Numbered from the stretch's first letter, positions 52,485-62,871 are shown. The stretch: DNA of 64,000 nt from Spirochaetia bacterium (GCA_965198005.1 CBDAOI010000004.1:640001-704000); one strand, 5' to 3'. Made by a program: numbers and translations. Notes: generated by a model not told the origin, from the sequence alone.

Positions 52485-52559
52485 AAGCGCCATGATGACA
52501 GTCAGCGCAGTGACGGGTTGCCGGTGACCTTCGCTCACCCCGGTGACCCCCACGAGTCG

Positions 52560-52588
52560 TTGACGGCGCGCCGCGCCTATGCTAGCGT
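52560..52588 (+). promoter_or_regulatory. Promoter of SBP cassette 3 leader
   Basis: TTGACG-N17-TAGCGT; overlaps gtgcctcacctg, which also occurs in module A. Confidence 0.6.
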
Positions 52589-52646
52589 GCCTCACCTGGG
52601 GTTCGACGGATGGTCATGAAGGGTCACGATGACAGGCAGCGCAGTG

Positions 52647-53218
52647 ACCGAGAAACAACTAACCGCTCCGGCTGATCGCCGCGCACGCGCCCCCGCGCAC
52701 GCCGTCGCCTCCACTACCGCCGTAGCTATCGGTGGCACCGGCTCCGTCCATAGCCGAACCGGCATGCGGGCCGCCCACGCCGTTGTCGGCGACCGCGACC
52801 GTGCCGGATCCCCGCCCGCGACTAACTGCGCGCAAAACCCACCGCCTGCGTCGCCGGTCAATCACCCTCGCTGCTTCGCCGGCCACCGCCGCGCGTGGCG
52901 TTGTGACGCAGGTCCCGACGTCCGCCGAGCGGTGGGCGTTTGCATGATGGGCCGCGCACGCGGATCCCATCTTACGTCAGCCATCTGGCAGGGCACCCTG
53001 TGCCCCAAGAAGGAGGTGAAGATGATACTGAAAGAACCGCACGCGCGCGCGGTGTGAGCCCGGGCGAACCCGGTGAGTCACACGCCGCGCGCTTCAGCCA
53101 TTTGACTCAAACTGGCCGTCTGCATTGGCGGGCGCGCCCGCTGTTGCGGGCATAAGAGTAGCCAGGGAGCGCAAGTCGCTCCGCAATACTCTCGAAAAAT
53201 CCACATAGGGAGAAACCT
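52647..53218 (+). repeat. Leader module B copy 2
   Basis: Colinear homology with 46196-46771. Confidence 0.85.
53022..53057 (+). CDS. Putative 11-aa leader peptide MILKEPHARAV
   Basis: Consensus SD AAGGAGGTG just upstream; two synonymous and two missense differences from the other copy. Confidence 0.55.
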   Translation: MILKEPHARAV

Positions 53219-55030
53219 ATGAACATTGCAAAAATTAGTATGACCTTCGCGGTAGCGTTGGTCCTGGTGCTGACCGCAACCGGCCTCTGGGCCGGTGGCG
53301 CAGAAGACGAGCCGGCGGCCGCTGCCGACAAGAAGTACGTGACCGACCCCACCACCGGCAAGGTGGTGGTGGCGCCAGAGTACGGCGGGACATTAACCTA
53401 TGCCTGGGGTGGAAGAGTAAGCGATAATCAAGACCCCTTTGTTGTTGGCATGGAAGCGGGCTGGCTCATAGACGGTGTTAATGAGCGACTCGCCATCGGG
53501 GACTGGGCAATAGATAGGGACGAATTTGACTTTAAAACGGATTATACCGAGTTTTTTGCCTTAACATGGGGTCTGGCGGAAAGCTGGGAAACGCCCGACC
53601 CACTGACTTACATCTTCCACATCCGTCAGGGCGTTCACTACGCCCTTGATCAAGACAGTGAGGCCAGCCGCTTAGTAAACGGGCGGGAGCTAACTGCCGA
53701 TGATGTCGTATATACCTTGCAGCGTAATAACGTTCTGGGTGACTTCACCGAACGTCCGCAGAGGTCTTTTGCGGTTATCAACCTGCCATGGGAATCGATA
53801 GAGGCTATCGACAAATATACGGTTGTTATGAAGATGACGGAGCCATCCCCCGGTGCACTAATGACTATCATCAGCGAACACATGCAGTGGATACTACCCC
53901 CCGAGGTAATCGAGCAATACGGCGACTATAGTGATTGGAAGAACGTGGTCGGCACCGGGCCCCTTATACTGACTGACTATGTCGAAGGCGTCTCTAAAAC
54001 CTATACCAAGAATCCCAACTACTGGGGCTACGACGAAAAATACCCGGAGAACCGCTTGCCCTATGTTGACGAGATAAGGGCCCTCCTTATGGCAGAAGAA
54101 GCAACACGTATATCGGCACTACGCACGGGTAAGATTGATATATTACAACACACCGGCGGTGCTATAAGATCCCTCGACGTGGTAAGGAGCCTCCAGAAGA
54201 CCAACCCCGAAATCGAGGTGCACACTTATTACCAGCGGGCGTTTCAGTCTTTTACTCTGAACATTCGCAACGCGCCCTTTGACGACGTCAGGGTGCGCCA
54301 CGCACTGCAGATGGCACTGGACCTCGAGACGATTAACGATACCTACTATGCCGGTTATGCAAGGTTGGAAGACCCTAGGTGGAATAGCACCAAGGGGTAT
54401 TACACCCCCTTTGAAGAGTGGCCTGAAGAGCTCAAGCAATACTACAGGTATGACCCGGAAGGTGCTGAGAAGCTCCTTGATGAGGCTGGATATCCGCGCG
54501 GCGCGGACGGCGTTCGATTCCAGACCACCCTGCAGCACCGCGACGTCATAGATTTGGGCTATGCGGAAATAGCTGCCGGCTACTGGGCTGATATTGGCGT
54601 TGATCTAACGATTAATGTTCTTGACCCGCCGACTTATGTGGCTAATAGAGGAGAACATAATTATGAGATGTCCAAAGGCGACATGGCGTTTTCTGGGAAC
54701 CCTGCCATATTCATAGGCTTTTATCGCGCGGACACCCTATTTCTGCGCGAATGGTTGGGCGGAGTCGAGACCCCTGAGCTGACCGCCGCCTATGATGCCT
54801 TTTTCGCCGCTACCACCGTTGAGGGGCAGATGAAGGCATTTAGAGAGTTTGATATGGCCCTGGTTAAGCAGCACAATCAGATATGGGGTCCTCTGGCTCC
54901 ACAGTTTCAGGCGAACCAGCCGTGGGTCGAAGGTTTTAACGGTGAATTCGGGATAGGAGAGCTGCAGTATCATACCATCCTCGCCCGCCTCTGGATTGAT
55001 AGTGAGCTGAAGGAAGCAATGGGTCATTAG
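53219..55030 (+). CDS. ABC substrate-binding protein family 5, paralog 3
   Basis: Same motifs as paralog 2, to which it is closest. Confidence 0.95.
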   Translation: MNIAKISMTFAVALVLVLTATGLWAGGAEDEPAAAADKKYVTDPTTGKVVVAPEYGGTLTYAWGGRVSDNQDPFVVGMEAGWLIDGVNERLAIGDWAIDRDEFDFKTDYTEFFALTWGLAESWETPDPLTYIFHIRQGVHYALDQDSEASRLVNGRELTADDVVYTLQRNNVLGDFTERPQRSFAVINLPWESIEAIDKYTVVMKMTEPSPGALMTIISEHMQWILPPEVIEQYGDYSDWKNVVGTGPLILTDYVEGVSKTYTKNPNYWGYDEKYPENRLPYVDEIRALLMAEEATRISALRTGKIDILQHTGGAIRSLDVVRSLQKTNPEIEVHTYYQRAFQSFTLNIRNAPFDDVRVRHALQMALDLETINDTYYAGYARLEDPRWNSTKGYYTPFEEWPEELKQYYRYDPEGAEKLLDEAGYPRGADGVRFQTTLQHRDVIDLGYAEIAAGYWADIGVDLTINVLDPPTYVANRGEHNYEMSKGDMAFSGNPAIFIGFYRADTLFLREWLGGVETPELTAAYDAFFAATTVEGQMKAFREFDMALVKQHNQIWGPLAPQFQANQPWVEGFNGEFGIGELQYHTILARLWIDSELKEAMGH

Positions 55031-55133
55031 GCGTTTCGCCCCTTATGGCTGACGTCAGGGGAAAAGGGGAGCTGGGGGGCTTAAGCCTCCCGGCTCCCAC
55101 ACACGATGTCATTGCGAGGCGCGCTTTCTTACT

Positions 55134-55455
55134 GTCATTCCTGGCGGAGACCCGGAATCTAGAAAACGCAACCATTTGAAATTACTCTGGATTCCGCCTT
55201 TCGGCGGAATGACGGGGGAATCAAGGGGGACACCACCTTGAACCCCCGTTTCAAAGGGGTTTCACCCCTCTGCACTCCCCAAAGCGGTGAGAGGCGAGTT
55301 TCCCGGCAGGGGTCATTCGCACCTTAGAGAGTGCCGCGCCCTTCAGTGGAAGGGGCCGGAAAGACGTGGAAGGTGGATTCCGGTTTTCACCGGAATGACG
55401 CGAGCCTGCCCCGTACCTGATACGGGGTTGGGATATATACCGCAATGACGGGGAA
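55134..55455. repeat. REP-like palindromic intergenic block, copy 2
   Basis: gtcattcctggcggagacccggaatctag...ctggattccgcctttcggcggaatgacg plus the block shared with 49007-49190. Confidence 0.75.
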
Positions 55456-55475
55456 ATGGCAAGGAAGAGTGTCAC

Positions 55476-56002
55476 ATGAGAGCCTACATCATTCGGCGGC
55501 TGCTGCTGGTCATCCCCACGTTGTTCATTCTGAGCGTGTTGGTGTTCCTGTCCGTCCGCTTCATCCCCGGCGACGTCATCGACGTTATAGCCGGTCGCAT
55601 GGCATTCACCGGAGGCGGCCAGCTCGACCGCGCGACCATCGAACAGCGGCTCGGCCTTGACCTGCCGATCCACGTGCAGTACGGCCGCTGGATCGGCGGC
55701 ATCCTCCTGCGCGGCACCCTCGGCGAGTCGCTGCTGGGAGGTTGGCGCATCGAGGAGCGCATGCTGGGACGACTGCCGGTCACCGCCGAGCTCGGGCTGC
55801 TGGCCATCCTCATCGGCCTGGTCATCGCGCTGCCGGTGGGCATCTACTCGGCGGTGCGCCAGTACACCGCCGCCGACTATGTGGGACGGTCGGTCGCCAT
55901 CATGGGGCTGGCGACGCCCAACTTCTGGCTGGGAACCATGGTGATGATCTACCCCGCCATCTGGTGGGCGTGGTCGCCACCGATGGAGCTGGTGCCGTTC
56001 GC
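55476..56002 (+). pseudogene. OppB-like permease, 3'-truncated
   Basis: Matches the paralogs up to PPMELVPF, then switches to unrelated sequence. Confidence 0.9.
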
Positions 56003-56167
56003 TACTATCCGGGACTTTCGTACGTAAACATTCGGTTCACTGGTATCCCCGAGGGTAGTGAGTAAGCGCGCTGGCGCGCTGAACGGTAACCACTGACACT
56101 CAAGTTTCTGAAATTTCGACTGGACACTCCCGAATTCGGGTGTTAGATTCTTGTAGGCGAGAGCTGG

Positions 56168-57820
56168 ATGAGGGGAACTGCTCGGCACACTGACGAGGAA
56201 CGGCGCGGGGAGCGCTGCGCGGGGGGATGTGTCCACGTGGTAGCGAAACTGCGGCGGGAGAACCTGGAGCTCAAGCAGCAGGCGGGGTACTACCGGGCGC
56301 TGCACCGCAAAGCGGTGGCGCGCGAGCGGCGACTGAAAGAGCAGCTGAGCGGGGTGCGGACGAAGGCCCGGGAGTTGCGGCAGCAGCTGCGGGAACGGCG
56401 GGCGCGGCGCAACAACAAGAGCGAGAAGCGCGCCAAGAGCGGCAGCGGCAGCAGCGGCAGCGAGGCGGCGGCAGCGCCGCGCCCGCGGGGCCAGCAACCC
56501 GGGTCGAGTGGGCATGGCCGGCGCGACCACTCAGCGCTGCCGGCGCAGGAGGAACACCACAAGCTGGAGCCGAACGCGCGCTGCTGTCCCCAGTGTGGCG
56601 GGGAGTACGGCGCGGCCGGCAGCGAGGACTCCGAGGTGCTGGAGATTGAAGTGCGCGCCCACCGGCGGGTGATCAAGCGCCAGCGGTACCACTGCAGTTG
56701 CGAGTGCGCCGGGGTGCCGCGGGTGCTCACCGCGCCGGCGCCGCCACGGCTGATTCCGAAGGGGATTCTGGGGGTCTCGATCTGGGTGCAGGTGCTGCTC
56801 GACAAGTACCGCTTTCACCGACCGACCTATCGGCTGCTGGAAGACCTGAGCACGCATGGCCTGGAGCTTGCGCAAGGCACCGTCACCGACGGCCTGAAAC
56901 GGCTGGCGCCGCTGTTTGCGCCGCTGCTGGAGGCGCTGCGCGCGCGCAACCTCCAGGGTGACCACTGGCATGCCGACGAGACCGGCTGGTACGTGTTTGA
57001 AGCGACTGACGAGCAGGCTGGCCAGCGCTGGTGTCTGTGGGTGTTCTGGGGTCGTGAGGCGGTGGTGTTCACCCTTGATCGGACGCGCTCGGCGCGGGTG
57101 CCGAAGGAGCATTTTGCGGGGGTGGCGGGAGGCATCGTGAGTGTCGACCGGTATTCCTCCTACAAACGGTTGGCCAAGGACACCCCGCTGGAATTGCAGT
57201 ACTGCTGGGCGCATGTTCGACGCGATTTTATCCGCGTGGCCGAGAAATGGGACGAGCACCGGGAATGGGGCGAGCAGTGGCTGGAGCTGATCGGCGAGCT
57301 GTATCACTTGAATGCTGTACGCCTGCCGGTGTGCAACGACCCCGTACAGTGGGCTGCGGCCGACGCGGCGCTGCGCGCGGCGGTGACAGCGATGGCGCAG
57401 CGGTTGGAGCGCGAACTGGCACAGCCGAAGCTGCATCAGGTGCGCAAGAAAGTGCTTACCAGTCTGCGCAACCACTGGTCAGGGCTGATCCGGTTCGTCG
57501 ACCAGCCCGCTATCCCGATGGACAACAATCAGGCCGAACGCGCGTTGCGTGGGCCGGTGGTGGGGCGCAAGAACTACTACGGCTCGGGGGCGACCTGGAG
57601 CGGTGAGTTGACCGCCACGCTGTTCAGCCTGTTCCACACGCTCGAGTTGTGGCAGATCAACCCGCGCATTTGGCTGACCGAGTACCTGAATGCATGCGCC
57701 GCCGCCGGCAGTCGGGTGCCGGAGGACTTTGAGCGCTTCCTGCCCTGGAACCGCCGCGACCGGCAAGCACCGCGCGCCTCGCCAGCCCCGCCAGGGGCTG
57801 CCCCGCAGCGCGCCGCCTGA
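56168..57820 (+). CDS. IS66-family DDE transposase (TnpC-like)
   Basis: Coiled-coil N-terminus, CPQCGG zinc finger, WHADETGW, VSVDRY, CWAHVRRDF, DNNQAERALR. Confidence 0.93.
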   Translation: MRGTARHTDEERRGERCAGGCVHVVAKLRRENLELKQQAGYYRALHRKAVARERRLKEQLSGVRTKARELRQQLRERRARRNNKSEKRAKSGSGSSGSEAAAAPRPRGQQPGSSGHGRRDHSALPAQEEHHKLEPNARCCPQCGGEYGAAGSEDSEVLEIEVRAHRRVIKRQRYHCSCECAGVPRVLTAPAPPRLIPKGILGVSIWVQVLLDKYRFHRPTYRLLEDLSTHGLELAQGTVTDGLKRLAPLFAPLLEALRARNLQGDHWHADETGWYVFEATDEQAGQRWCLWVFWGREAVVFTLDRTRSARVPKEHFAGVAGGIVSVDRYSSYKRLAKDTPLELQYCWAHVRRDFIRVAEKWDEHREWGEQWLELIGELYHLNAVRLPVCNDPVQWAAADAALRAAVTAMAQRLERELAQPKLHQVRKKVLTSLRNHWSGLIRFVDQPAIPMDNNQAERALRGPVVGRKNYYGSGATWSGELTATLFSLFHTLELWQINPRIWLTEYLNACAAAGSRVPEDFERFLPWNRRDRQAPRASPAPPGAAPQRAA

Positions 57821-57825
57821 CGCTG

Positions 57826-58707
57826 GTGCGCTACTGCGGGCGCACCTTCAGCGCGCAGGAGCTGGAGTTGATCCGCAGCCTCATGGCCGAGCATCCGGGC
57901 CACCATCGGCTGGCCCTGTCGCGGCTGGTCTGCGAACGGCTCGACTGGCGGCGCCCCAACGGGGGACTGAAGGATATGAGTTGTCGGGTCGCCCTGCTGC
58001 GCATGCACCGTGCCGGCCTGATCCAACTACCCCCACCACGGCAGGCCTGCTACAACGGCCGCCTGCGGCGTCGCCGCACGCCGCAGGCAGAGCCCCAATC
58101 ACCGATCACCGGCAGCCTCCAGGGGCTGTCCGAACTGCACCTGCGCCCGCTCGCCACGGGCGCCGAAGCGGCGCTCTGGCGCGAGTACGTGGACCGCTAC
58201 CATTACCTCGGCTACACCCCGCTGGCGGGAGCACAACTGCGCTATCTGGTGCTCAGCGGGCCGCAGGTGCTCGCCGTGCTGGGGTTTGCCGCCTGCGCCT
58301 GGAAGGTGGCGCCGCGCGACCGGTTCATCGGCTGGAGTGCGGCCCAACGCGAGGCCCGCTTGCCGCTCGTGGTCAACAACGCCCGCTTCCTGATCCTGCC
58401 GTGGGTGCAGGTCAAGAACCTCGCCTCCTGGGTGCTCGCGCGCAGCTGCCGCCGGTTGCCGGAGGACTGGCACAGCCGCTACGGCTACCGCCCCCTGCTG
58501 CTGGAGACCTTCGTCCAGTCCGATCGGTTCGTCGGCACCAGCTACCGTGCCGCCAATTGGATCCACGTCGGGCAAACCCAAGGCCGCGGCAAACTCGATG
58601 TCCACAACCAACACGCTCTGCCCAAGAAGGACATCTGGCTCTATCCGCTCCGCCGCGATTTCCGCCGCCGCCTCTGCGCCCCGCTCGATCCTCACCCCAA
58701 CCAGTAG
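57826..58707 (+). CDS. DUF4338/DruA-like domain protein (IS passenger)
   Basis: RYCGRTF, WREYVDRYHYLGY, RDRFIGW, VVNNARFLILPW, LLETFV, GTSYRAANWIHVGQTQGRG; stop codon lies inside the IRR. Confidence 0.85.
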   Translation: MRYCGRTFSAQELELIRSLMAEHPGHHRLALSRLVCERLDWRRPNGGLKDMSCRVALLRMHRAGLIQLPPPRQACYNGRLRRRRTPQAEPQSPITGSLQGLSELHLRPLATGAEAALWREYVDRYHYLGYTPLAGAQLRYLVLSGPQVLAVLGFAACAWKVAPRDRFIGWSAAQREARLPLVVNNARFLILPWVQVKNLASWVLARSCRRLPEDWHSRYGYRPLLLETFVQSDRFVGTSYRAANWIHVGQTQGRGKLDVHNQHALPKKDIWLYPLRRDFRRRLCAPLDPHPNQ

Positions 58708-58720
58708 ACCGAATATTTAC

Positions 58721-58851
58721 TTTCGTACGAACGCATCTTCGGTGAGATGGACGACCTGCCCCTGCGCGATGAGGTCTGGCCCGCCTTCCTTCGCGACAAC
58801 GCGATCTCGGTGTTCGGGTTGGAGGACGTGCTGGCGATGTCCGCGTCGTGA
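58721..58851 (+). pseudogene. Amidohydrolase-like C-terminal fragment (continues from 56003-56023 across the IS)
   Basis: The reconstructed empty site reads YYPGLSYERIFGEMDDLPLRDEVWPAFLRDNAISVFGL. Confidence 0.6.
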
Positions 58852-58942
58852 GGTTGCGCCGCAGGCCCCCGCGCTGCAGGCCCAGGCCCCGCCCCGCCCC
58901 GCCGCATAGACATTTGCGACCACACCTGGCAGATTCTACCGA

Positions 58943-60234
58943 GTGACAAAGTACCCCGACATGTTTCGCGTACGCCAGAAGCTCGAACGCCCGACCCTAG
59001 ACGACATCCCGGCGACCGTCGCCGCCGAGCTGGCGCGGCTGCAGCTCGAGCGCCAGGTGCGCAGCGGGCAGCGCGTGGCCATCACCGTGGGCAGCCGCGG
59101 CATCGCCAACATCGAGATCATTACCCGCGCCATCGTCGACCACTTCAAGGGCCTCGGCGCGCAACCCTTCATCGTGCCGGCCATGGGCAGCCACGGTAGC
59201 GCCACCGCCGCCGGTCAGCGTGCCATCATCGAGTCCTACGGCGTCACCGAGGAATTCGTCGGCTGCCCGATCGAGGCCTCGATGGACACCGTCATCGTCA
59301 CCGAGACGCCCGAAGGCATCCCGGTGCACTTCGACCGGCATGCCTACGAGGCCGACCACGTCTTCGTCGCCGGCCGCGTCAAGCCGCACACCGGGTTCGT
59401 CGGCGACATCGAGTCGGGTCTCATGAAGATGATGCTCATCGGCCTGGGCAAGGCCCGCGGCGCAGCGATCTACCACCGCGCCATCAAGGACTTCAGCTTT
59501 GCCCAGATCATCCGCAGCGTCGCCGGAGTGGTGCTCGAGTCGTGCGCGGTGGTCGGCGGCCTCGGCATCGTCGAGAACGCCTACGACGAGACCGCTCACA
59601 TCGCCGCGGTGGCACCCGGCGAGCTGGAGGCGCGCGAGAAGCAGCTGCTGGTGATGGCCAAGCAGTGGATGCCACGGCTGCCGTTTCGGCAGGCCGACCT
59701 GCTCATCCTGGACGAGATCGGCAAGAACATCAGCGGCTCGGGAATGGACACCAACGTGGTGGGGCGCAAGTTCCGCTCCCACGCAGTGGCCGACGACGAG
59801 TGGCCGACGACGAGTGGCCGAAGATCAAGCTGATAATGGTGCGTGCCCTCACCGAGGAGACCCACGGCAACGGCACCGGCATCGGCCAAGCCGAGTTCGC
59901 AAGCAAGCGCGTGCACGCACAGATCGACATGCAGGCGACGACCATCAACTGCCTTACCGGGGGGTCGCCGATCGGCGCCATGTTGCCGGTCGCCCTCGAC
60001 AGCGACCAGCACACCGTGGACGCCGCGCTGAGCACGCTCGGCCTGGTCGAGCCGCCAGATACGCGCCTGATGTGGATCAGGAACACGCTCCAGGTGGCCG
60101 AGGTCGAGTGTTCGCGTGCCTACCTCGAGGAAGCCTCCACCCGCGACGACCTGGAGATCCTCAGCGACCCGCGCCCACTCCGCTTCGAGCCAGGGCACGT
60201 GCGCGGGTGTGTGGGACCAGACGAACCGCGCTAG
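58943..60234 (+). pseudogene. Lactate-racemase (LarA-N/DUF2088-like) domain protein, frameshifted
   Basis: VAITVGSRGIAN, VPAMGSHG, RVKPHT, ESGLMKM, IGKNISGSGMDTNVVGR; frameshift caused by a 14-bp duplication at 59785-59821. Confidence 0.8.
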
Positions 60235-60254
60235 CCTCGCTGACCGAGAAGTGC

Positions 60255-60451
60255 TTGCACTAACGTGGCCGGCCGGCCATACTCCTCGACGTATGGTGAC
60301 CGACGCCATCCACGCCAGCCGCCGGCTACCGGTGACGCACCGCGGTGGGTCGCGCTTGACACGGATTTGGGCGGGCCTTTATACTCGTCCGCGTATGGGC
60401 ACTGACGCCATCCAGCCCAGCCGCCGGCTAGCGGTCCCCCCCCCCCCCCCC
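60255..60451 (+). promoter_or_regulatory. Tandem duplicated promoter units plus C16 tract upstream of SBP cassette 4
   Basis: TTGCAC-N17-CATACT (60255-60283) and TTGACA-N18-TATACT (60356-60385), each followed by cgtatgg...gacgccatcca..ccagccgccggcta.cggt; 16 C at 60436-60451. Confidence 0.75.
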
Positions 60452-60859
60452 GACCGACTACTTACCGACTTACCGCGCGCCGCTAGCGGTTTAGCCAACC
60501 GCGCGACCACCGACCGCGCGGCGCCGGTGCTGACCGCGGCACCATCGATCCGCGTGGCATACACCCGCCACGCATCCGTCCGTCCAACGGCCGACCATGT
60601 CGGCCGACTCCACCAGTCCACACCAACCGGCTCTGCCGGCAGCAAGAAGCAGATGGCTCACGTGCACCACCGCCACCGGGCGTGGCGGGGCGCATGCATG
60701 CCCTTCGGCGCGGCAGGCGTCAAAGGAGGCACGGGATAAAGGACTAACGCAGCGACCGAGCGGCTGCGGCCGCTAAAGGGAGTCGCCCTCGTTCGACGAG
60801 AGCGGGCGAGGGGCCGGCAGTGGAATCAATGCTCTCAAATTATACCTGAAGGAGTCTCT

Positions 60860-62650
60860 ATGAGACGAACATTTTTTTATAAAGGCGTCGCGATAGTGTG
60901 CGGCCTGGTGCTGACCGCAACCGGCCTCTGGGCCGCCGGCAGCAGCGACACCGACGACTCGGCGGCCGCCGCCGAGAAAGAAATGGTGCTCGACCCCACC
61001 ACCGGCGAGATGGTGACCGCGCCGGCGTACGGCGGGACGTTCACCTACGTCAACAAGCTCGAGCCTGAGAATATTGACCCATATTTCCGGTACATCGCGG
61101 GACACACGATCTCGCTCGTTAATGAGAGGCTAGGCATCGCGAACTGGGCATTAGATAGGGACGAATTTGACTATAGCACAATTTACATCCCTGATTTTGC
61201 CGTAAAAGGGCGCCTGGCTGAAAGCTGGGAAACGCCCGATCCACTAACTATTATCTTCCACATCCGCCAGGGCGTTCACTGGCACGACAAGGCACCGATG
61301 AACGGTCGCGAGCTGACTGCCTCGGATATCGAATTTAGCTGGCAGCGCCTATTGGGACTGGGCAGCGGATTCACCGAACCTGGTTTCGATGTTAACGTCG
61401 GGAACTTCAATGTTGAATCGATAGAAGCCACCGACAAATATACGGTTGTCTTTAAGATGAATTCGATAACCCTCGGTGCGCTGAAGGAAATTCTCATTGG
61501 GAATCACTCTCATATAATGGCCCGCGAGATAGTGGAGCAATACGGCGACGTTACGGATTGGAGGAATGTGGTCGGCACCGGGCCCTTTGAGCTGACTGAC
61601 TGGGTGGAGGGCAGCTCTACCACCTATACCAAGAATCCTGACTACTGGGGCTTCGACGAAAAATACCCGGAGAATCGCCTGCCCTATGTTGACGAGATAA
61701 GGGCCCTGATTACGAAGGACGAAGCGACAGTTCTGTCGTTAATGCGCACGGGTAAGGCTGATTTCATCGGTAAGGCGGGCGCCTCTCAGCTAGCTAGTAT
61801 GGACGCGGCAATGAGCCTTCAGCGGACCAACCCCGAAATGAACCTGTGGCCATATTCAATTCGTTCGCAACACTCTCTTAGTTTTAACGTACAGAGGCCG
61901 CCCTTTGATGACGTCAGGGTGCGCCGCGCAATACAGATGGCAATCGACTTTGAGACAATCAACGCGACCTACTTTCAAGGTTGGGCAGGTACGACACCTA
62001 CGGGGCATGTAGGGAGAGCTCTTATCGGGTATTACACCCCTTTTGCAGAGTGGCCCGAGGAACTCAAGCAAAACTACAGGTATGACCTGAAAGGGGCAGA
62101 AGCGTTGCTCGATGAGGCTGGATATCCGCGCGGCGCCGACGACATTCGATTCCAGACCGTCTTGGATGTCTCCGAGTCCTACGATTTAGACTATTACCAG
62201 ATAGTCATGGAATACTTGCGTGCCATTGGCATTGGTGTAGAGGTCAAGGTACATGACCGAACCGGTTATAGCGCTCGAGAAGATAGGCATGAGGGTCTGT
62301 TTGGTGAAAACTACGACACCGACTATTCTCCCCCCACCGCGTCAATACACCAAACTTACTCGACCGCAGGATGGAACACTCCCAACGTCAATGACCCGGT
62401 TTATGACCCCAAGTATGAGGCCGCCGCAGCCGCTACCACGATTGAGGAGCAGCAGAGGCTGGTTAGAGAGGCAGATATGTACATCATAGAGAAGCACTGG
62501 TGGGTGTCGGGTCCGAGAGTTCCTGCTTTTTCAGTGTCCCAGCCGTGGGTCATCGGTTATAACGGTGAAGCCGAATTCGGAAGCAATGACTACATCTTCT
62601 TATCCCGCCTCTGGATTGATAGTGCGCTGAAGGCAGAAATGGGCTATTAG
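60860..62650 (+). CDS. ABC substrate-binding protein family 5, paralog 4
   Basis: AAGGAG RBS; PAYGGT, LAESWETPD, VGTGPF, PPFDDVRVRRAIQMAID. Confidence 0.95.
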   Translation: MRRTFFYKGVAIVCGLVLTATGLWAAGSSDTDDSAAAAEKEMVLDPTTGEMVTAPAYGGTFTYVNKLEPENIDPYFRYIAGHTISLVNERLGIANWALDRDEFDYSTIYIPDFAVKGRLAESWETPDPLTIIFHIRQGVHWHDKAPMNGRELTASDIEFSWQRLLGLGSGFTEPGFDVNVGNFNVESIEATDKYTVVFKMNSITLGALKEILIGNHSHIMAREIVEQYGDVTDWRNVVGTGPFELTDWVEGSSTTYTKNPDYWGFDEKYPENRLPYVDEIRALITKDEATVLSLMRTGKADFIGKAGASQLASMDAAMSLQRTNPEMNLWPYSIRSQHSLSFNVQRPPFDDVRVRRAIQMAIDFETINATYFQGWAGTTPTGHVGRALIGYYTPFAEWPEELKQNYRYDLKGAEALLDEAGYPRGADDIRFQTVLDVSESYDLDYYQIVMEYLRAIGIGVEVKVHDRTGYSAREDRHEGLFGENYDTDYSPPTASIHQTYSTAGWNTPNVNDPVYDPKYEAAAAATTIEEQQRLVREADMYIIEKHWWVSGPRVPAFSVSQPWVIGYNGEAEFGSNDYIFLSRLWIDSALKAEMGY

Positions 62651-62871
62651 GGGCTTCACCCCTTGTAGCTTAGCTCAGGGGAAAGGGAGCTGGGAGGCTG
62701 TCGCCTGCAGGCGCGCTCCCCAGCTCCCTCATGAGGACCGCGAGGTGCGCGGTTGAAGCGAAACATGTTTTCTGCTGACTCGCCCCCGATGCGTCCCCAT
62801 CAACCACCGCCGGCAGTGCGAGAGCATAAGCTGGACCCGCGGGAGCTCCTTCTCGGCATCGGTTTCATCAC

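Larger units (their letters stand above)
56024..58720 (+). mobile_element. Complete IS66-family element (2697 bp) with a passenger gene
   Basis: IRL GTAAACATTCGGTTCACTGG; IRR (reverse complement) GTAAATATTCGGTCTACTGG; 8-bp TSD TTTCGTAC at 56016-56023 and 58721-58728. Confidence 0.95.

Noticed and set aside
55476-56024. IS66 insertion as the direct cause of oppB truncation
   Set aside because: The TSD lies within an amidohydrolase-like fragment that begins about 20 bp earlier, and oppB does not resume after the IS.
57826-58707. A complete Druantia defence system
   Set aside because: Only the DruA-like domain is present, inside an IS; no large helicase (DruE) or other partners are in the window.
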